This document shows, in pieces, positions 40,173 to 47,684 of a DNA stretch of 64,000 bases. The notes beneath the pieces were generated by a model, which worked only from the letters and a program-made list of their open reading frames with translations, did no database searches and was not told the origin of the DNA. The stretch is from Bacteroidales bacterium (GTDB lineage Bacteria; Bacteroidota; Bacteroidia; Bacteroidales; UBA7960): assembly GCA_012521995.1 (NCBI GenBank), contig JAAYLH010000067.1, forward strand, positions 16,478-80,477, given 5' to 3'. The position numbers and the translations under genes were made by a program. Positions within the stretch are counted from its first letter, which is position 1. The number at the start of each line of letters is the position of its first letter.

Positions 40173-40901
40173 ATGAAACAATCTGGTATTTTTCTGCTGG
40201 TATTCCTGTTTGGAATCTCCTCCATGTCTTTTGGCCAGAGGTCGCAAAACATCCGTACCTCCAGTTCGCGCGTGCAGGTAGAAGAACTGGCCGATTCAAG
40301 CCTGGTCTTTCTTTACGGGGAGATGAAACCCGGGGTCATTACCTATAACGACGGCAGCACTTCTGAAGTCCTGCTCAATTACAGCATCCTGCTCGACCGC
40401 TTTGAATTTCAGTCGCATCGTGAAAGCGGTCACCTCAACTTCCGTGGGCTCAGTAAACTGGACGTGGAAGGCACTTCCTTCATTTACCATCATCAAGAAG
40501 GATTCCTTGAAGTCGTGGAACAGGGCAAATATCCCCTGTACCTGAAACGCCTCATCAGGGTTTCTAGCATGCCCGTACGCAGGGGAGCCTACGGCGGTAC
40601 CGATCACACCTCGGCCATCGACATAGCATCTAACATTACCACCGAAAGTTCAGGCGACTTTGACCGTCAGATCTTTCTCGACAATCCTTCTGGCCAGGAA
40701 ATGGACATCACCCTTCGCTACAACGAATATTTCGTGATTGGGAAAGGAGAAAGCCTGGTGAAAATCAGCAACCAGCGACAACTTCTGCGCGATTTCCCCG
40801 AATTCCGCAATGAGTTGCGCAATTTTGTCCGTAATGAAAAAACCAACTTCACCAAGCCTGAGGACTTGATTAAGCTCGTCGAATACCTGGGCACCCTCTA
40901 A
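40173..40901 (+). CDS. Secreted protein of unknown function (paralog A)
   Basis: The signal peptide is MKQSGIFLLVFLFGISSMSFGQ. The protein is clearly similar along its length to the next ORF, for example RGAYGGTDHTSAID and MDITLRYNEYFVIGKGESLVKISNQRQLLRDFPEFRN. Confidence 0.65.
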   Translation: MKQSGIFLLVFLFGISSMSFGQRSQNIRTSSSRVQVEELADSSLVFLYGEMKPGVITYNDGSTSEVLLNYSILLDRFEFQSHRESGHLNFRGLSKLDVEGTSFIYHHQEGFLEVVEQGKYPLYLKRLIRVSSMPVRRGAYGGTDHTSAIDIASNITTESSGDFDRQIFLDNPSGQEMDITLRYNEYFVIGKGESLVKISNQRQLLRDFPEFRNELRNFVRNEKTNFTKPEDLIKLVEYLGTL

Positions 40902-40987
40902 GGCAGATCATCCCCCCCACTTTTTGCACAGAGTTCTTTCGTCTTCTCCTTAAATTTTTATAATTTGCAGGCTAATATACCCTTGCC

Positions 40988-41707
40988 ATGAAACCTGCCT
41001 GTTTCGCCTTGCTGAGTCTTTGGCTTTTGACCCCTCAGGCTTCCCTGGCTCAACGGTTCCAAACAATCAGCATAGCAGAAGAAAAAGTCCTCTTAGAGGA
41101 AGTGGCTGATTCCTCGCTAATTTTCTTGTTTGAAGGGATGGAACAAGCCGTTATCACCCTCGACAATGGAACCCCCTACACGGCAAGCATTAATTACAAC
41201 ATTCTGGGCGATGCGATGCAAACCCAAACTCGCCGTGGCATCCAAACCATCGACCCACATCAGGTTAACCGGGTGGAGCTTGCCGGTTCAGTATTTATCC
41301 ATCACTGGGAAGAAGGCTACCTGGAAGTGCTATCCGAAAAAAGATTCCCGCTGTTCCTGAAGCGAACCATCCAGATTTCAGCTGTGCCTGTGGTACGCGG
41401 AGCTTATGGAACCAAAGACCACACCTCTTCCATCGACCAGGCCTGCTACATCACAACAGGGCCCAGTGGAGAATTTTACCTTACCAACAGTACAGGTAAG
41501 GAAATGGATATTACCCTGCGCTACAACGAATATTTCCTGATCGGAAAAGATGAACGCCTGCTTAAAATTAGCAACCAGCGCCAATTGCTGCGCGATTTCC
41601 CTGAATACCGAAACCAAATACGCGACTTTCTGCGAAAGAAAAATTTCAACTTCCAGGATTCTGACGATCTGAAAAAACTGCTTACTTTCCTGGAAGAACT
41701 GCCTTAA
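40988..41707 (+). CDS. Secreted protein of unknown function (paralog B)
   Basis: The signal peptide is MKPACFALLSLWLLTPQASLAQ. Blocks shared with paralog A include RGAYGTKDHTSSID and MDITLRYNEYFLIGKDERLLKISNQRQLLRDFPEYRN. Confidence 0.65.
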   Translation: MKPACFALLSLWLLTPQASLAQRFQTISIAEEKVLLEEVADSSLIFLFEGMEQAVITLDNGTPYTASINYNILGDAMQTQTRRGIQTIDPHQVNRVELAGSVFIHHWEEGYLEVLSEKRFPLFLKRTIQISAVPVVRGAYGTKDHTSSIDQACYITTGPSGEFYLTNSTGKEMDITLRYNEYFLIGKDERLLKISNQRQLLRDFPEYRNQIRDFLRKKNFNFQDSDDLKKLLTFLEELP

Positions 41708-41846
41708 AAATTCCCCGTTTTAGATACCCCCTGTTTAACCTTTATTTAATTAATTCTTCATTAATTTTCACCAGGTCTTTTATTGGACCTTCCACCCTCC
41801 AGGGTCCTACCACGGTCGTGTGCCCCCGAAGCCGATTCAAGGAGGG

Positions 41847-41883
41847 TACGAGGGTTATACGAGGATGGTACGAGCATGGTATA
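41847..41883. repeat. Array of three to four units with an 11-bp period and a TACG(A) core
   Basis: In GGTACGAGGGT TATACGAGGAT GGTACGAGCAT GGTATAACAGG, TACG starts at 41847, 41858 and 41869, and a degenerate TATA sits at 41880. Confidence 0.7.
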
Positions 41884-42035
41884 ACAGGAGTGAGCTTTTT
41901 TTGTTTAAAAAAGATTTTTTTAAAGACAAATAAACTTTTTTCCACTTTTTGAGAAATCCAGCAAACCAAGGCATTAAATCACACTGAATGATTTATTTAA
42001 CCCTGCCGAAGCAGAAAGGGGAAGGTCCCTGGGGC

Positions 42036-44501
42036 TTATTTCCTGATTTCAGCGCCTAGTTCTTTTTCAAAGTTCCAGGCAAGTTTCTGCATGATCTTGT
42101 CAATTTCCTTGTCGGTAAGGGTTTTTCGCTCATCGAGCAGGGTGAAGCTCAGGGCGTACGATTTTTTGTTGTGGCCCAGGCGTTCGTCCTGGTACACATC
42201 GAAGAGGCGCACGGCTTTCAAGAGTTTTCGTTCGGTGTGGAATGCCAGTTTCTCAAGCTGGGCAAATTTTACCGAGTGGTCGAGTAGCATGGCCAAGTCG
42301 CGACGTACTTCAGGGAAGCGGGGAATTTCGGCATAAAGCAGCTGTTGGCGATCGGCATATTTCATCAGGGGTTCCCACTCGATGATGGCATAATACACCT
42401 CCTGTTTGATGTCGAAATCCTTGACAAGGTTTTTTGCGACCTTACCTAATGCGGCAACTTCCCGGTTGTTCAAGGTAAATACAAGGCCATACTCAAATAC
42501 GGGGCTGAGGCCTTCATCGGTGGTTTGCAGCGCGGCTTCGGCGGCTCCCATCCTGGAGAGGATGGCGAGAACTGCCGCTTTGAGATCGAAAAAGTCGACA
42601 ACGCTTTCCTTCATGCGCCAGGTCTCTGGTTGGCGGTTTCCGCTTACGAAAATGCTGAGCTGCATCTTTTCGCGGAAAGGCGCCAGGACATTGTTGCCAG
42701 CATCCTTTTCATGATCTCTCCAATAAACATTGCCAAGCTCATACACTTTTATGTCGGTAAGCTTTCGGTTCTGGTTGTAGGCAATGGTTTCGAGCCCACC
42801 GAACAACAGGCTCTGGCGCATCACGTTCAGGTCCTGGCTCAGGGGGTTAAGAATCTGCACCGAGTTTCTGGCATCAAAGCCGGGGTTTTCGAAATAAGTA
42901 CCCCTGGTAAGTGAGTTGTTCATGATCTCGTTGAAACCGCGTGCCGAGAGCATATCGGAGATTGTATTCTGAAGCTTTTCCTTATCGGGGCGGGGGGTGA
43001 GCACCATGGAGGAAAACAGGCGTTCGGGGAGGTCGATGCGGTTGTAACCGTAAATGCGCAGCAATTCTTCAATCACATCTGCCTCGCGAGTCACATCAAC
43101 CCTGTAAGTGGGTATGGACAGGCGAAGCAACGCGCCCAGGTCTTCAATTACCTTGATGTCGAGGCTTTCAAGGATGTTTATAAGTTCTTCACGGGGGATG
43201 TTCTTTCCAATCAGAACGGCGGCCCGCTCCAGGTTGAGATCAACCACGGCAGGCTCTATCTTGCCGGGATAAACATCCACAATCTCCGAGCTTATCTGTC
43301 CACCAGCCACTTCTTTGATCAATAGGGCAGCCCGCTTGAGGGCAGGAATTGTGATGGCAGGGTCGGCGCCGCGTTCAAAACGGAAGGAGGCATCGGTTTT
43401 GAGGCCATGGGCCTTGGAGGTCTTGCGAATGGATACGGGGTTGAAATAAGCGCTTTCGAGAAAGACGGCCGTAGTTTCGCGCGTCACCCCCGAGTCGACC
43501 CCGCCCATGACTCCGCCGATACACATCGGGGTTGTGGAGCTGCATATCATTAGGTCGTCACCCGTAAGCTTGCGTTCCTCGTGGTCAAGAGTAATGAACA
43601 GGCTTCCTTTTTCAGGTTTCCTGACCACCACTTTCTGTCCGTCAATCCTGGCTGCATCGAAGGCGTGCAGGGGGTGGCCCATTTCGTGCAAAACGAAATT
43701 GGTGACATCCACCACGTTGTTGATGGGCTTTTGCCCAATGGATAAAAGCCGTTCCTTAAGCCAGGCGGGGGAATCCCCTACCCTGACGCCCGAAATGGTG
43801 AGGGCGCTGTAACGGGGGCAGGCTTCAGGATCTTCAATGATGACAGGGATAGGAAGGGCATTGTTATCTACCTTAAAATGGTCGGTGATTGGTTTTTTGA
43901 GGCTCAGGGTGCCTTTGCCCTCGCGATGGTTGATAACGGCCACCACATCACGGGCCACGCCCAGGTGGCTAGCTGCATCGATGCGATTGGGGGTGAGCCC
44001 AATCTCGAAGATATAATCGGTTTTGATGTCCAGGTATTGAGCAGCGGGTATCCCAATGGGGGCCTCGGCAGGCAATACGATGATGCCTTCGTGGTCATCG
44101 CCCAGGCCCAGTTCGTCTTCGGCACAGATCATCCCCTCGGAGAATTCCCCACGTATCTTGACTTTTTTCAGTTCCAGCTCGCCCTTGGGGGTGTGGAGGG
44201 TTGTGCCCACCACGGCCACAAACACTTTCTGGCCTGCAGCTACATTGGGCGCCCCGCAAACGATGGGTAACAGCGAGCCCGATCCAATGTCAACGGTGGT
44301 TACCGACAGGCGATCGGCATCGGGGTGAGGATGGCAGGTTTTTACCTCGCCCACGAAAACACCCTGAAGGCCTCCCTTCACAGTTTCGAATTTTTCAATG
44401 GATTCCACCTCCAGCCCGCAGTCTGTGAGGATCACACCCAAGGCCTCAGGGCTCTCCCTGAATTCGGCATATGTCTTGAGCCAGTTGTAAGAAATCTTCA
44501 T
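42036..44501 (-). CDS. pheT: Phenylalanine--tRNA ligase beta subunit
   Basis: The 821-aa product starts MKISYNWLKTYAEF. It has the tRNA-binding OB domain, B3/4 and B5 regions, and a C-terminal anticodon-binding-like domain. Confidence 0.92.
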   Translation of the reverse strand: MKISYNWLKTYAEFRESPEALGVILTDCGLEVESIEKFETVKGGLQGVFVGEVKTCHPHPDADRLSVTTVDIGSGSLLPIVCGAPNVAAGQKVFVAVVGTTLHTPKGELELKKVKIRGEFSEGMICAEDELGLGDDHEGIIVLPAEAPIGIPAAQYLDIKTDYIFEIGLTPNRIDAASHLGVARDVVAVINHREGKGTLSLKKPITDHFKVDNNALPIPVIIEDPEACPRYSALTISGVRVGDSPAWLKERLLSIGQKPINNVVDVTNFVLHEMGHPLHAFDAARIDGQKVVVRKPEKGSLFITLDHEERKLTGDDLMICSSTTPMCIGGVMGGVDSGVTRETTAVFLESAYFNPVSIRKTSKAHGLKTDASFRFERGADPAITIPALKRAALLIKEVAGGQISSEIVDVYPGKIEPAVVDLNLERAAVLIGKNIPREELINILESLDIKVIEDLGALLRLSIPTYRVDVTREADVIEELLRIYGYNRIDLPERLFSSMVLTPRPDKEKLQNTISDMLSARGFNEIMNNSLTRGTYFENPGFDARNSVQILNPLSQDLNVMRQSLLFGGLETIAYNQNRKLTDIKVYELGNVYWRDHEKDAGNNVLAPFREKMQLSIFVSGNRQPETWRMKESVVDFFDLKAAVLAILSRMGAAEAALQTTDEGLSPVFEYGLVFTLNNREVAALGKVAKNLVKDFDIKQEVYYAIIEWEPLMKYADRQQLLYAEIPRFPEVRRDLAMLLDHSVKFAQLEKLAFHTERKLLKAVRLFDVYQDERLGHNKKSYALSFTLLDERKTLTDKEIDKIMQKLAWNFEKELGAEIRK

Positions 44502-44654
44502 CCCGTATCAAATGTATTTAGTGCTTCAAAAAAACCGGGATCCGCAGGTCACCAGGAATGGAGATTTTGCCGGATCCGCTGGCTTGGTATTAAGCCTAAA
44601 TGCAAAAGTAATCATTTTGCAAAAAGGAATGGGAGGAGTTATTGGCCAACCAAA

Positions 44655-44686
44655 ACAAAAAAACCGGCCGAAGCCGGCTTTTTTTT
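44655..44686 (-). terminator. Rho-independent (structurally bidirectional) terminator after the 44701..45648 gene
   Basis: AAAAAAACCGGCCGAAGCCGGCTTTTTTTT: stem CCGGC/GCCGG with loop CGAA, flanked by an A-run and a T-run. Confidence 0.75.
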
Positions 44687-44700
44687 ATGGAATGGGCAGA

Positions 44701-45648
44701 TTATTTCAATTCGAACAACTGGGTTCCCAGTTCGCTGTTTTCGCTATAAACAGTAACCCTGTAAATGCCTTTATTGATAGGATCACGGGGCACAAAGTTC
44801 ATGCAGGCCACCATTTGCTGATTTTGGTAATCGAAGGTTTTAGAAATGGAGTAGGGCACTTGGCTTTCTATCAACTGGAAAGTCTCGGGATGTCCATTGG
44901 AAAGCAAGTTCCCATCAGGGTCAGTGATTCTGACATAGAAGTTGCGCGGGCCTGGTCTGGAAAGGATGTTCTCGAGGATTGTGAAACAAACCTGTATCTT
45001 CTCCACCCGCCTGGCCCGATCCGTCTCGCGCTCACCGGCACGTGCAGGTCGCGTGGTAATCACCTCAACATTCATGATTTTCAACGCACTGGCATTGTCT
45101 ATAAGGTCTTCCAGGCTTTTGTTCTTCAGCTCAATTTCAACAACCTGCTCTTCGGAAAAAGCCAGGGTGTTTTTCATTTTTTCGTTTTCACTGGAGAGCT
45201 GGTTTTTTTCTTCTGTGAGGAGTTGCGCCTTTTCCTGAAACTCAGCCAGTTGGGTCTCCAGTTGTTCCACGTGGGCTTTCACTTCATCAACAGTCTGACT
45301 GCCTGCAAGCTGAAGGATTTGACCCTTGAGGCGGTTGATTTCGATCCGTTGCTGGTTGGCCAGGTTTTCGAGTTCGGCGTGCTCGCGGCTAAGGCTTTGG
45401 AAATCGGCATCGAGCTGATTAAGCTTTACCACCAGGCTATCGGCACGGGCTTGGCATTCGTTACGCTCCACAGCGGTAGCCACTGCCAGTTCGCGCGCCT
45501 CAAAATACTGACGCAGCACCAATGCAACGGCAATGGCCAGAATGAGGGCAATGACCGAAAGGAAGACAATGGGTGCTATGTTTGCAGAACTGGAAGAACG
45601 AGAAAACCCTTTTCGCTGGGAAGTGTCAGATAGTCTCTGTTTACCCAT
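44701..45648 (-). CDS. Membrane-anchored coiled-coil protein of unknown function (paralog 2)
   Basis: The ATG at 45648 gives MGKQRLSD. One TM helix (IAPIVFLSVIALILAIAVALVL) is followed by a long heptad-rich region and a C-terminal domain of about 110 aa (KIQVCFTILEN...FYVRITDPDGN). Confidence 0.6.
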   Translation of the reverse strand: MGKQRLSDTSQRKGFSRSSSSANIAPIVFLSVIALILAIAVALVLRQYFEARELAVATAVERNECQARADSLVVKLNQLDADFQSLSREHAELENLANQQRIEINRLKGQILQLAGSQTVDEVKAHVEQLETQLAEFQEKAQLLTEEKNQLSSENEKMKNTLAFSEEQVVEIELKNKSLEDLIDNASALKIMNVEVITTRPARAGERETDRARRVEKIQVCFTILENILSRPGPRNFYVRITDPDGNLLSNGHPETFQLIESQVPYSISKTFDYQNQQMVACMNFVPRDPINKGIYRVTVYSENSELGTQLFELK

Positions 45649-45738
45649 ATAGATTTTGTTTTGGTTACTCAAAAGTAAGGAATTGAGTGAACCAAACCAC
45701 AAAAAAGGCAGAAAAAAAAGCAAAAAAGCGTCTGAGCT

Positions 45739-46641
45739 CTATCTCAGGTTAAGGGCAGCTTCACCCAGGCGGAACTCATCGGTGAACAAGGAGATGAGAT
45801 ACAGGCCGGGTTCAAATTCTTCTATCCGTTGCCAATAAAGGCAAGCTTCGGTAACCTGGTTTCGGTAGTCGACCACGGTAGAGGATGAATACTGCAGGGT
45901 GTCGCCCTCTATCACGAAGGAATAGGCTGCGTCGTCGCTAACGCGCATAATCGAGCCGTCGGGTTTTGCAATACGCAGGTAGACATTATGGTTGCCAGTA
46001 CGGGCAACGGGATTGTCGGGAAGGGTAAAACAAACCTTGATCTGCTCGGCCCTGTTGGCCCTGTCGGTCACTTCCTCACGGCCGCGGGTCCGCATGCGGA
46101 TGGCCTCAGCTCTGATTTGGTAAGCACGAAGGGCTGAAGCCACTTCAACCTTTGAAGAAAGCTCTTCTTTATCCTGTTCCAGTTCGGTGGTGCGGACGGT
46201 AGCCCTTTGAATCTCCTGCTGAAAGGCAATGTTCTCATCTTTCAGCACCTGGTTTATGGTCACCAGGCTGTCAATATCGCGGACATAGTTCTTAGTGACC
46301 TCCTGCAGCAGGTTGAGCTGACGGCGGATGCGGTAATAATCAGCCTGGGAAGCAATCAGTTTCTGGATCTCGTCAGCATTGGCCATGATGATGCTGTCCT
46401 TATCCACAAGGATGCTGTCATATTCCATCTTTGTGGCGTTGTAATTGGCCATCAGCGAATCGAGTTCATGCTGAAGCTCCGTATTGACCAGGGTAGCAGC
46501 TTCCTTTTCGACCTTGAAGGACTGCCTGCTTGTAAAAAGCATCACGGCAAGCACGCCAATGATCAGCAAAAGAACAATAATTGTCCCTTTGTAGATCTTC
46601 TCATTTCTTTTGTCCGAACCAGTTTGGCTTCTATTTTCCAT
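45739..46641 (-). CDS. Membrane-anchored coiled-coil protein of unknown function (paralog 1)
   Basis: One TM helix (GTIIVLLLIIGVLAVMLF) and a coiled coil are followed by a C-terminal domain matching the neighbouring gene (QIKVCFTLPDN...VYLRIAKPDGS). Confidence 0.6.
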   Translation of the reverse strand: MENRSQTGSDKRNEKIYKGTIIVLLLIIGVLAVMLFTSRQSFKVEKEAATLVNTELQHELDSLMANYNATKMEYDSILVDKDSIIMANADEIQKLIASQADYYRIRRQLNLLQEVTKNYVRDIDSLVTINQVLKDENIAFQQEIQRATVRTTELEQDKEELSSKVEVASALRAYQIRAEAIRMRTRGREEVTDRANRAEQIKVCFTLPDNPVARTGNHNVYLRIAKPDGSIMRVSDDAAYSFVIEGDTLQYSSSTVVDYRNQVTEACLYWQRIEEFEPGLYLISLFTDEFRLGEAALNLR

Positions 46642-46908
46642 GTCAGCGTGTTTTAAGGGTTTTTCGTTCTTGGGTTAAATAGTTATGGTTGATGTTTTTT
46701 GATTTTAAAACGCCACAAGCGGCTTCCCCATTGCGGGCGTTGATCACTTTGGCAGGCAATTGATTCATTTTAATTTTTGTTGAAAAAAACACAAACTTAA
46801 TTGAACCAAATTGACCACTGGACAAAACAGCGACCCGGTTTTTTTTCTTAACTGAGTCTTTTGTTTATGCAAATTTAATTAATTTTAAAGAACAATAGGG
46901 CTACAACG

Positions 46909-47604
46909 ATGAAAGCGGAGGTATTCCTGAGGAATTTTTTCTCTTTGTTTTTTCCGCGGGTTTGTCCTGCCTGCAGCATAAACCTTGTTGCAGAAGGAAG
47001 TTGTTTATGCGCTGCCTGCCAGGCACGCCTGCCCTTTGCTCACCTTGCCGAAGAACCCGAGAACCCGATGACTCAATTGTTCTGGGGGCGGGTGCCCATC
47101 GAAACGGGGGCTCCCCTGTTTTTTTTCCGTAAGGGAGAAAAAGTTCAGCATCTGATCCATGCCTTCAAATACAAGGGTTACCGCGAGGTGGGGCCTTATC
47201 TGGGTCGGATTCACGGGCACGATCTGAAGCGCTCAGCCCTCTACCAGGGGCTGGATATGGTAGTGCCTGTTCCATTGCATCCCAAAAAGGAGCGTAAGAG
47301 GGGATACAACCAAAGCGTGCTTTTTGGGCAAGGCCTTGCCGAAAGCCTGGGGGTTCCACTGGTGGAAAACCAGTTGCTGCGCATTGTCCCAACAGCTTCC
47401 CAAACCCGAAAAACGCGCTTCAGACGATGGGAGAATGTGGCAGCTGTATTTCACATTCCCGACCTCAGCGTTTTTGATGAGAAAAACATCTTGCTGGTGG
47501 ATGACGTGATTACCACCGGTGCCACGCTAGAAGCCTGCTGCCATAAGCTATTGGAGGCAAAAAAAGTAAAGATATGGCTGGCCACCATCGCCCTGGCTCA
47601 ATAA
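46909..47604 (+). CDS. comF: ComF-family protein (phosphoribosyltransferase domain)
   Basis: The N-terminal zinc-finger-like region is CPAC...CAAC. The C-terminal PRPP-binding block is ILLVDDVITTGATL. Confidence 0.8.
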   Translation: MKAEVFLRNFFSLFFPRVCPACSINLVAEGSCLCAACQARLPFAHLAEEPENPMTQLFWGRVPIETGAPLFFFRKGEKVQHLIHAFKYKGYREVGPYLGRIHGHDLKRSALYQGLDMVVPVPLHPKKERKRGYNQSVLFGQGLAESLGVPLVENQLLRIVPTASQTRKTRFRRWENVAAVFHIPDLSVFDEKNILLVDDVITTGATLEACCHKLLEAKKVKIWLATIALAQ

Positions 47605-47684
47605 GGAGGAAAGCAAGAAAATAGAATCTTTTTACGTTTGAAGCCCTTTGGTTTTTGCTGGAAATCACTGGCAGGGACTGTTTG

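Noticed and set aside
41839-41900. A CsrB/RsmZ-like sponge RNA, suggested by three A/G-N-GGA motifs (AAGGA, GAGGA, CAGGA) about 22-24 nt apart, ending in a U8 run on the plus strand
   Set aside because: No terminator hairpin precedes the U-run, and the GGA motifs are not obviously presented in hairpin loops. To my knowledge CsrA is generally not a feature of Bacteroidota. The idea is kept only as a remote possibility within the 41785..42028 finding.
41742-41969. A 75-aa minus-strand ORF in the convergent gap
   Set aside because: It spans the repeat and inverted-repeat element and the AT-rich runs, and has no coding signature. It is better explained as a non-coding element.
44512-45633. A 373-aa plus-strand ORF opposite the coiled-coil gene
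   Set aside because: It lies fully antisense to a gene with a clear TM helix, coiled coil and paralog signature. Its translation is low-complexity with no recognisable motif. Long antisense ORFs are typical opposite coiled-coil genes.
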